A DNA stretch of 64,000 nt, from the NCBI GenBank assembly GCA_030704615.1, contig CM060733.1, positions 16,740,001 to 16,804,000 of the forward strand, written 5' to 3'. Positions 25,305 to 35,345 of this stretch are shown piece after piece; the first letter of the stretch is position 1; every line of letters starts with the position of its first letter. This stretch comes from Takakia lepidozioides. Its lineage: Eukaryota; Plantae; Bryophyta. Under the pieces are notes generated by a model. That model was not told the DNA's origin and ran no database searches. It saw only the letters and a list, made by a program, of their open reading frames with translations. A program made the position numbers and the translations under genes.

Positions 25305-25420
25305 TGCATGTTGTGTGGGTCTGCTAAAGGGGCAGCCACCATGTTGGTGTGTGATCGATGCTCTAGAGGTTGGCATATGGGATGCTTGACTCCACCTCTT
25401 GAGGGTGGAGTCCCCATAGC
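25305..25420 (+). other. PHD finger at the integrase C-terminus (last Cys pair degenerate)
   Basis: CMLC-x11-CDRC-x4-HMGCLTPPL, in the same frame as the integrase end (24489 and 25146 ORFs). Confidence 0.85.
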
Positions 25421-25619
25421 TTGGGGTGCCCCTGGCTCGACTTCTGTTTTAAGAGTGATAGCGATGGATTCATGTTGTTTCTGGTGTGAACAGTGTGTCT
25501 CTTAGCTTGTCAATCTATTGTGGCAGACTACTTTATTGTGCATATATATGTGGTGAAGATGATGTAGGTATCGACTGGTTTTGGCCATAGATCTGGAATG
25601 CTTAAGGGTGAATTCAGTT

Positions 25620-26340
25620 GGAGTTAGGAGTCGGTGCCCCGTGGCGGTGGTAAGTTGGGTGAGAGTGGTAATGTGTCGCTCTTTGAAATAGGTAAGGATG
25701 GGTATTTTTTTTGCTTAGGGTGGGAAGTTTCTAATTGAGGGAGAAAAGGGCTAGCGAGCCAAGCGAGTTCTAAAAGTGACGAGGTGTTAGGATAGTCTAG
25801 TAAGTCGGTTTGTATGCTAATTTTCATTTGTCATAGAATGAGTAGTGTACGCGCGGTAAGGGAATGTAGGCACGCATGTGGGTGTAGTGCAGATATATAT
25901 AGCACATTGTATTTTAGGGCAAGAAATTTGAGGAGTCCCTGATAGATTTGGCCTAGGCATCCAGGATCATTCAGGGCCTCAATTAATTGTGAGCCTAAGG
26001 TGCGGGCATATGAGATGATTAAGGGGCTAGAGCCAATCCCGTAGCTGTCGGTTGGGAGTTGGGTGAGGGCATTGGGGGTACTGACAGGCAGTCCACATAC
26101 CCGCTTTGTGAGTTGGATAATGCTCTTGTCGAGTTTTTTAATGTCCGGGAGGGAGAAGGGTACGGCGTGGAACGAATATTGTACTTGGGTTTTTAGTACT
26201 GATTGTATGATTGATAATTTGGGTCGGATGGCAATTGGGGATTTGAGGAGAACCAAACTTCTATTGGCTAGTTTGGATGATGTGGCGTCTTTCTGAACGT
26301 GCCAGATGAGGGAAGAGACCAGCTGGATGCCCAGGTAACA
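25620..26340 (-). mobile_element. LINE fragment (region just after the RT core)
   Basis: YLGIQL...PKLSIIQSVLKTQVQYSFHAVPFSLPDIKKLD...CGLPVSTPN...YGIG resembles the non-LTR RT thumb and downstream region; cut at about 26340 by an AT-rich element end. Confidence 0.7.
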
Positions 26341-26720
26341 ACGTTTTTTTTTTTTTGGCGAATTTTCGTCAAATGGTGACCTCAAAAAATAGAAAAAAAA
26401 TATTCCGTAGCAAATTCCATGTTTTTTCATGGATGAAATCGCCAAATTTCTCCAAAAAAATAAAAAATATAGATGAATTCGCCAAATATGGATGATATGA
26501 ATGGATGACAGTATGGATGTGGATGATTCTGTCCTAATTTTAATGGATTTACAGAATATATGCCTAATTTTTGCAAAATTCTGTAGCCACTCGTGCTATT
26601 TTCCGAATTATAAAAAAAAAAACTCTGTTAGGTAAGTATATGGCTCATCTGGCCCGAGGAAGGGGAAAGATTTATTCTGGTAATGTACATACAGTTTACA
26701 GTGGGAGGCGATAGTAGGGC

Positions 26721-27354
26721 ATGTCGTGTGTGTTTGGCAAGCCCAAGTATGGTGTACAAGACATGCCTGAACCACCAGCAGTCTGGCCTGTGGCAACTGG
26801 TACAGATCTTACCCTGGAGGAGGCAGACGCTCTAGGAAGTGCAGGGTTTCGAATGGTGGAGAGGACAGACATTCCACAAAATCCAATTTCTAGTCGTCAT
26901 CCTCCTCCCATGAGAAGCTCTTCGCCCCGCATACAGGTGGGTGACCCCACGGCTTGGCCACCCATCGGTGGGGAAACTGAAAAGACGGCGGCCAAACCAA
27001 CAAAGGCGAACGACACCAGGATGGCCAACGCTTTGGCAATGCCCGCATAGTGCAAGGTGCAGGGATGTTCCTCACCCCGGGAGCGGGGCGCATATTTCAG
27101 TTGTCAACAGCCGGGTCTGCGCGCGCAGTGTCGTGTATGCAATCACGGTTTCTCAGTACCCAGCTTGCAACTGTGAGGACTTCCTTGTTATGGAATCGAA
27201 GAATGCAGCATACGTCCCCTGCAAACAACTTTATTACATTTTTCTGAAGCACATGAGTTGCATATCCGCAGTGGACGTCTTCATCCATGCTCCAACACTA
27301 AGCTTTAACGAGCTGCACAAGGCCCTACGGCAGGATACAGGTCGGACTGCTTGA
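26721..27354 (+). mobile_element. Mutator-like transposase C-terminal remnant with SWIM zinc finger
   Basis: YAITVSQYPACNCEDF...YVPCKQLYYIF (SWIM CxC...CxH, with His replaced by Gln); frameshifted; GGATGA-rich AT-rich segment at about 26340-26600 may be the element end. Confidence 0.65.
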
Positions 27355-28799
27355 CATTCCACATTCGGGAAGGAGAAAGTGGCAATTATATTACATTCAT
27401 CTTCTTGCACCCTATTTTTTTGTGAGAAATTATACACTTGGTGGTGCCGCACTGCCATGGCTCTAGGTGCATTTCGGTGCCGCAATACATGAGAATGTGG
27501 TTTTTGGCGTGAATGGCATGGGCATTGTTTTTTTTATTTGGTTATGTTTATAAATGGATCCGAGGAAGACAAGCATACATTGTGTGGAGATACACGGACA
27601 TTGTGGCCTATTTCAGCGACGTTATTGGTCTGTATACTGCATAATGCTCCTTGTTAGCTCTTCATTCAATTGTGGTGATTTCGCAGCCCATCCTGGCATT
27701 TTCATCACCTTTATGATAAGCTTCGATTGCTACCAATACATCGTTAGTGTTTGCAAATGTGATGCCTTTACAGGATTGCTAGTTCTGTGTCCCAGTGGGA
27801 AGGGTCCTACTGCACATTCAAGCATTTGCATACTGCAACTTGTGCACACAGCAATCCATACGACAAAGAACACGTCCCAGCATACTGGTAGTGAATTGCA
27901 AAAAACCTTAACAGAAGATTATCCAAGCATGTAATTCCCATATGGCACAGGGAAGCTACTGATTTCTAAATCAAAATGTATGTGCCATGAGTGTCGGCGA
28001 GTCGAAAAATGTCTACTCTAGCATGCAAGACCTATGGTCCCTCGCCCAAGAAGAAGGCACTCGAACTGGCCTCTCAAGGACCTCCTGAGTGACTAGGTGC
28101 CGATATTTGAACAAAATGTCAGCGGTTTCTGTCGCCCGGTTGAAACTAACGAGGATGTCTGTTGTTTATCGATAGGCCCCCTTTGTAGAAGGACATTTTC
28201 ACAATGGGCCCTGTGTTCCCTCCTCTCCTCCAATGTCCCCATTTTCCGAGCCAATCCGTCACGCGTGAAGTTTTCACCTATGCACTCATCATACGTCCAC
28301 TCGCAACAGTCCAAAGCGATACAGCACCGCTGTGCGTGATCTGTTCGGTCCACTCAAGCGGAAAGTCCAGGTCCATGATGCGCAGGAACCACCTGCTGCC
28401 TCAGCGGGGCCAGGAGAATCGTGCAATCCTGGAAGAAACTCCATTGCTCTCAGCTTGGAAAGTCGAGATCGTCCCTGTAAACATCAGGAAGACAATGATG
28501 TCGTCTGCTTTCGGGACAATGATCTCAAGTCTGGCGTCGATAGATGTGATTCGGGCACGACATGGCCTCACGACACAACAAGAACACAGAGCAGGGAGGA
28601 GATGGGCACAGCAGAGAAGAGTGAAGAGCAAAATGAGAGCGAGGCCGGCGGAAGAGGGATATATCATTGCTGCACTGCCAATGTCGTATGCAGCAGAACT
28701 TCTATTTCCTCCGACATGTGTGCTTTTTATTAGACAAATCCGCACCAGTTTCAGGACAGTTTGCAAAACTCCCTCACCGTAAGGCGGGTATTTGCTCTC

Positions 28800-29070
28800 C
28801 GGAGCCCAATTCGGCGCCGTTATTGGTTGCACTCCCCAGCCTTCAGCCGGATATTTGGTTTCCGGACAGCGCCGTTATTGGCTGCACTCTGGTGGCTTCA
28901 GCCGAGTATTTGGTTTCCGGGGCCCAATTTCGGCGCCGTTATTGGCTGCACTCCGGAGGCTTCAGCCGGGTATTTGGTTGGCGGAGCCCAATTTCGGCAC
29001 CGTTATTGGTTTCACTCCCGAGCCTTCAGCCGGCTATTTCTTTTCCTGTGCCCAATTACGGCGCCGTTAT
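28800..29070. repeat. Minisatellite, about 4.5 units of 55-64 bp
   Basis: Repeated CCCAATT(T)CGGCGCCGTTATTGG(C/T)TGCACTCC...CTTCAGCCGG..ATTTGGTT; a further partial unit at about 29185. Confidence 0.85.
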
Positions 29071-29579
29071 ACCCAACCATCCTGCACTTCTGCAACAGTA
29101 CTATCCACGGTTATAGGTCGCCATTACGTTTTCGGAGTCTGCAAACCCGGATCCTAATTCCGCTTGTGTCCCTTCCTCTGGGGTAATTTCGGTGCCGTTA
29201 TTGCCCAGAATTCAGTTTTTCTATGACCTGGCCTGGCGGTCCATGAGCTTGGGCTCCAAGTCATGAGCGGACACTGGTACTTATGAGCGGAGTGCTTCCA
29301 GCATGAGCGCGGAAATCTTCGAAAACCTTCTCTTCTTATACTATTTTCGATTATTTTATAGTTTTGGGCCCGAAAAAAATCTGTTGAAATTCCAAGTGTG
29401 TTACTTGGCGGCTCATGGGTGAGCCATGCCCGCTCATGAGCTCATGAGCTCATGAGCTCATGGAATAGCAACCCCCCTTGCTGCTCTGGGGATTGCCTAA
29501 GGGTCAAGGTCTCGTGCAAGTAAGCTGATAAGCAGTTCTGATCCTCATAATGCAAGACTTCAGTGAGTTCCACGGAATA

Positions 29580-30371
29580 GACCATCTACCCATGGAGGTT
29601 TCTTGTAGTTATTGATCCACAGGGAATCATAGGTAATCTTGTGCTTGAAATTTGGCCCTCTAGGATGAATCTGGACCCACACTCTATCCCTGCTCCTTCA
29701 GCTATCCATGCCCCTGCATAAATCATGCATTCATCCTTGCCTTGCTGCTAGGAGCTAACAATGACAGCCTAGATTTGTTCAGCTAGGAAACACCCAACTC
29801 AGCTTATCACACTAGTTCCTATGCTCAATTGCGCCTGCTACTCTCTGAAATGTAGCAGGCATTCACCTTTTTGCCTCGGTTGTCCCATCATTGACCGGAG
29901 GCAGAAAAGTATTCATTCCACAGCTTTTCCTCATGTCTGTTACTTGTTTTTTGATACTTTCCTGTTGTCACATAGCAGTATCATGTCAAAGTCACTCCAA
30001 ACTAGATTCACTCAACCAGCTAACTTGTAGAATTCAACATGGAAATTTTGGGCCGATTCTGATAAGAGGGAAAAACAGGGTGAAATGTGCTGAAGAAGAT
30101 GCTTTCATTAACAATGTCTGATTTTATCAATTGTGCCGTTGCTGTCAGTTGACCATCTACCCATGCAGGTTTCTTGTAGCTGCATACTTAATGCGGAGCT
30201 TGAAGTCTGGCCCTCTTGAGTGAATCTGCACCCACACTCTATCCCTGCTCCTTCAGCTATCCATGACTCGCACGAATCATGCATACAACCTTGCCTTGTT
30301 GCTAGCAGTTGACGATGACAGCCTAGACTTGTTCTAGGAAGCACCCAACTCAACTTATCACACTAGTTCCT
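29580..30371. repeat. Direct duplication, 29580-29821 versus 30151-30371
   Basis: Both copies contain GACCATCTACCCATG(G/C)AGGTTTCTTGTAG, CCCACACTCTATCCCTGCTCCTTCAGCTATCCATG and CTTATCACACTAGTTCCTA. Confidence 0.85.
29867..29950 (-). pseudogene. PDF-motif exon relic (EEKLWNEYFSASGQ*WDNRGKK)
   Basis: Inverted copy of the exon at 31143-31236 with TGG changed to TGA; AAG|GTGAAT donor retained. Confidence 0.7.
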
Positions 30372-31142
30372 AGTGCCTTTGGAGTCCCCTCACAAAGTAT
30401 ACCGCTCGTTTTCTCAAGAGCATACCAATTCTTTGCCTGCCAGAATGCTACGCTATCCTTTTCACTCTGAAACAGAATCCACTTGTCATGTAGGCTTGAA
30501 GTAGCCCTGCCTGAGTTACCTTCACACCCTGTGTGGGCGACAACCTGAGATTACCATGATTGATTATTTTCAAGATCTTCAGGAACACTCAATCAGCTGA
30601 CATGATTGTTGTTAGTTGTGTCAAGTCGCAATCTCAAGCTTAGAATGGAACCTCAAGGCTGGCTTGGTAGAGCAGGGACTATTCCCCTTTGGGTGTTTAT
30701 TACATGTATTCTTACCTCTAGGCTTGCAATTTTGTGCAACAGGCCTGATGGGCTGGAGAAGGCTTATGTAAGGCTGACAACTAATTATGATGCGTTGGAT
30801 ATGGCAAACAAAGTGTGTATCATCTAGAAGGGTTCTTGTTGTTTGGAACTGGGTTGGTTTGAGAGGTGTTTTGTAAGTTTTGTAGTTTTGCAAAGTGCTT
30901 TTCATGAGTTTCATCCATAAACGTGTGTTAAAATGTCTGGCTTTAGAACAGTTATGTTTTGATAGCTTTCATAGTTATGTGCTAATGACTGCTAATGAAG
31001 GCACATTCTTCACACACCTTGTTTTCCCCTCGTATCAGAATCGTCCCTAATTATTCATGTCTGAATTCTACAAGTTAGCTGGTTGAGTGAAGCTTTGATA
31101 GTTTGGAGTGACTTCGACATGATTCTGTCAATGTGACAACAG

Positions 31143-31236
31143 GAAAGTATCAGAAACAGGTAACACAGACGAGGAGAAGTTGTGGATTGAATACTTTTCT
31201 GACCCCAATCAATGGTGGGACAATCGAGGCAAGAAG
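31143..31236 (+). other. PDF-motif exon (KVSETGNTDEEKLWIEYFSDPNQWWDNRGKK)
   Basis: Best match in the window to the OSB PDF consensus; AAG|GTGAAT donor at 31237; 31062-31281 is an inverted repeat of 29821-30037. Confidence 0.75.
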
Positions 31237-31969
31237 GTGAATGTTTGTTGGATTATAGAGAGTAGCAGATGCAATTGAACAAGACTGCTTCGTTTTGCAT
31301 AATCAAATGGTTTCAACTATTCAAGGAGATATACCACAAACATATTTAATCTCCATGAATTGTGTTTTATGATGCCTATTAACAAGCTTTGTTTGTGGAG
31401 AAAGAAACTACTTTGTTTGTGATTCTTAGCATGAACTTGTTGTTTTATTTAGAGTTTAATTCTAGTGAAGTTGCTTTGAGTAATAACATGGGACCATAGT
31501 GTGTCTGTTTTAGAAGTGTGACTTGCATGACTGGGCTAATTACTGGGTTTTGCTGATATGATTAGAAGATACAAAGCTTCATTGCTAAAATATGGTCTCG
31601 TCTTCTTTTGGTGGTTCTGTGCTGGCGCTATCTACATTGGGGTAGATTTCTGCAAGCAGCTTTGTGGGGTTTCAATCATACGTAGGTAAAATGTCTAGAA
31701 ATGGGGCATGTCACCACATGTAGATGTTTTACTGCTGGACTTGGATTCAAGGCATGTTTCCTGCATTTCAACTACTTATTCTGAACTTTGGCATTATTAG
31801 TGGCTAGTGTGGTCCACTTACATTCAACTTTCTATCATACATGCCCTCTTAAAGTACTATAAATGTTTTCTCAATAAGGTGGGAACAGCTACTGAAATAG
31901 AGGGCATATTTATGTGCGCATGAGTAGGAAATGTCTTGTTTTCATGCAACCCTGAACCACTGTGCACCA

Positions 31970-32610
31970 TGGTGTAGGTGCATAAAAAATCACGTGGATT
32001 GTTTTTTAAGTGTTTTTGAGCTAGGATAGCCGAATTGTATGTACAGACAGTGCAGAATCAGGACCATTTGTTACAGAAACGGCGAAACATTGACACAGCT
32101 ATTGGTATGGCCCGCAAATGGAAGAGTTTGCGACGTCCATGAAGCCAAAGCGCTCAGGAGTTTATACGACTAGGGTACCTACAAGGAGCAGCAGTTAAAG
32201 GTGTGTGATTCTAGTCCTCCGTTCGAACATCTAAGGGCCAATTATATGACTGCAGGCAATGGTCTGTCTGTTCCTCACCTCAACGTCCGATCGCTATTCA
32301 AAGTGAAGGCAAGCAAGGAGTGCTTGGCCTTAAGAAGAAAATGCCCGATTAGCTATGCTTTAAACAACACGGTTGACAACAGTCTCGCAATGTACCAGGT
32401 ATCAATTTTCATGTTGCTCCAATGCAGTTTCATGAGGGCGTTGGAGGCGTGGAGCACACATGCTCATGATTATGATTTTATTTCATGCTCAGATACGTTA
32501 GTGACAATGATCAAGCATGGGTTCCCCTGTGTTTTAGTTCATTCATGCAAACAAACACTGCAGTGCGGCAAGCAGTAAACTACCGGCAGTGTATTCTTTT
32601 TCCCAAGAGG
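31970..32610. repeat. Dispersed ~630-bp repeat, second copy at about 49795-50425
   Basis: Shared GAAACGGCGAAACAT, GGTATGGCCC(G/A)CAAATGGAAGAG and GATCAAGCATGGGTTCCCCTGTGTTTTAGTTCATTCATGCAA; origin not recognised. Confidence 0.85.
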
Positions 32611-34601
32611 AAATTAAGTTTTTCAAGATTTTTGGAGAGGATTTGCAGCAAATCATTATTATGAAGTTTTTGAGAGTTCGTGGTGTAGATGCATATCTTG
32701 GTACACTTTTCTTTTCAGATCGTTTTTGATCATAAGACAAGCGGTTTCGGCATTGTACTGCCAAAACATGTTAGTTTGTTAGTTGTCTGGAAATCGTTGG
32801 TAAAGCACGTAGATAATTAGACAGTGTCTGAGATGACCATGGAGTGGAACTCTGGCGTCAAGATGACCGTAGGAAGCTGCATCGACAACATATTAGGCTG
32901 TCCATTCGATACCAGAAAAGACAAGTTAATCCTGTTCGAACAATATAGAACAACTGTTCCAGTCCCAGATTGCGATCTCTCCTTTCTCTCGCCTTTCAAA
33001 TCCAGTAGGAACACACGGTGAGGAGCTTGGCAATTGGTGGAAGCGACATGTATAACGATGAAATATCGCAACAAAGCAATTGGCCGCATCGGAACGACAG
33101 TAGGTCAGGATGACTTCAAACGGCAAAGCCTGAACTTGTTAGCGGTGCGGGACAACTGGAGGGGACTCCGGACAACCTATGACTTAGTGGCAGGGTCAAA
33201 GACCCCAGAGCCATCACCAGGGATTTGATTTCCAAATATACCACAAAATATGTGTGTAGCGAAAATACGACGAATGGCGAGAAGGGCAACTTTTTACCAC
33301 CGATGGAGCTGAGAATTTACACGCTGATACGGGGTATATAATTGTAGTTTATCACCAAGTTTGGTGATTTATGGAGCTGATTAGCAGCAGGGCCAAATTA
33401 TTGAGTCAACGGCACTCACAAGGCCTATTATTTGCATTTCTACTGCTTGGATGCATGAAAAAAACCTGGAATTCGCCTTGAGGAGCTGGATGGATGAAAT
33501 GACAACTCGTGCCAACTGGTCATCCAATTGGATGGATGAAAATACAGCTTTCATTTGCCTCTAAGATCACATACACAAATGGTGAAATGGTAAGATGGGA
33601 TCAACCTTTCTATGCGAGAGTGCTTGGGATGCTCTATCGACTCAAGTAATGGTACTCTATGCGGCCTTCACTTGGGCTCTCGTCCATAAGTCCATACCAG
33701 CCCCTCCTAACTCGTCCTCAAGTCACTTTACTCCACATGAAATTGCCCTCTTCCTTCACAAATGAAAATGGCTCAAAGGCCCACAAGCTAGGCCACTTGC
33801 CTTAGCTCACAAGAATCCTATCTAACTAGGGAGCTTCAAGCTCCACTCCCTAGGATCTAGCCCCTCCTCAAGCCAAAAGCTAGCAAGCACTACAACAACA
33901 AGCAAGAGGAAACTAAGCAAATGAGCTAGATGAGAATAAGGGAAGCCTTGCCCCCTCTTTTATACTGTTGTTGTGCCTAATAGTTTAAGGGAGAATATTT
34001 ATTAAACTATTATTTCTTGGAGGATCTATAATATACTATTCCACATGGATGAAACCAAGCAAAGCTTGAAGTTGAAAATCTGATTTAGACTCTTCAAAAG
34101 AGGAGAGTGCATTGTGGAGTCCCATTATTTCATGTCTAAAAGTGACAAGGGGAAGACCCCCATAGTCTATTGGTAAGGGCACCAATAGAGGCTTGTATTT
34201 GAATTGTTGGAAGAAGAAATCTTTGTATTTGATTACTAATTTGAAATATAGCCAGCCCTGGCAAAGCAGGCTAGTACGCTAAATCTATGATATAAGGCCA
34301 TTATAGGGCCTCTATGTGCTAATCCCCCCCCCCCCACTAGCAAGCCATGGAGGCCTAGGGGAGGGTGGATTGTATTCTTTTTGTCTTGGGGTTTGGGCGG
34401 GCTAATTTCGCTTGACAGCAGCTGCCCCAAAGTCGCGAGCAGCCCGGGAGGAGCCCGGGTGTTGCGCCTAGAGAGTAGGGACTCGATTACTAAAAGCGTG
34501 GAGGCAGCCGTGGCCTAGCCACGACGTACGGGCGCGGGGCCCCAGCGCTGACCTTAAGTCGTACTGAGATCAAGTACATCAGCCGCGTGGCTCAGGCATG
34601 A

Positions 34602-35331
34602 TGTCGCGGCCCTTTGCCTTGAGGGCAAGGGGGTCGGGACACATGAGGGGTTGCCCCTGTGGTGGGGGCAGCGGCAGCGATAGGTATGGGGGGCTGAAGC
34701 ACCCTTGAGTGCCCAAGGCACCCAATGAGGCGGAGGCGCTCACTAGGTGGAGCCCCGCACACCGGGTTGCGGTGGGGGTGGCTCCACAAGCGGTGGGGGT
34801 AGCTTAGCGGAACTTAGTGGGGGTGGCATAGGACTCACCATGGGGGCGGAGACCTCGTGGTGGGAGTCGTGGGGAGTCTTGGGACTCATCACGGTCCATA
34901 GGGGCCGTAGTGAGTGGGCCAAGACTCACCGCGACTCATCACCGGGAGTCGAGGGTTTTCGTGGTGTTCGCCATAAAATGGCATGGCTGGTTGTGAAACC
35001 CCCGCGGACAGCTACAGAAGTATATATATAAGGGGAGTAGTGACCCCGAGAACGGTGCAAGCCCGTTGGTGACCAAAAACTAGTGAGTAAGCGAACGAGC
35101 CGGAAAGCGACCAAAGAGACTGCCATCTACCGGACTGCCATCTACCAAAGGGAATTCTCCTAGTCCCAAATAGGTGGAGGGTTTAGTGGGAAGCGAAGGG
35201 GGACCGTTATGTCCCGGTGAGCAGCCGAAGCTCCAAGTTGGCCCGGGCGGCCAGGTTGGGAGTCAGGTGCGCGCATTCAAAGCGAGTAACTATGACTTCA
35301 AGGGGAGCTTATCGAAGTGAGGTGCGCGACA
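34602..35331 (+). repeat. 5' LTR (730 bp)
   Basis: TGTCGCGGCC...GGTGCGCGACA; near-identical to 40827-41550; TATATATAA at about 35023. Confidence 0.95.
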
Positions 35332-35333
35332 CT

Positions 35334-35345
35334 TGGTATCAGAGC
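35334..35345 (+). promoter_or_regulatory. Primer-binding site for tRNA-iMet
   Basis: TGGTATCAGAGC, 2 nt after the 5' LTR. Confidence 0.95.

Larger units (their letters stand above)
18889..25420 (+). mobile_element. Degenerate Ty3/Gypsy retrotransposon internal region: gag-PR-DNMT-RT-RNaseH-INT-PHD; LTRs not seen
   Basis: Zinc knuckles CWTCGGPHVKKDC and CGHCGKYGHGDAQC; protease VLLDSGA; [24 protein letters not shown]; RNase H LHTDWS, TDHQPL, NADGLSR; integrase HEELGH..CMVC, SLDFAGP, HPEADGLAER. ORFs at 18889, 20542, 21019 and 21724 share one frame, separated only by stops. Confidence 0.95.

Noticed and set aside
28800-29070. Regularly spaced repeats as a possible CRISPR array
   Set aside because: Whole units repeat with no unique spacers, there are no cas genes, and the context is eukaryotic.
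34592-35126. ORFs within the LTRs (also 40665-41348 and 49241-49801)
   Set aside because: They are chance open frames in GC-rich LTR sequence, repeated only because the LTRs are repeated.
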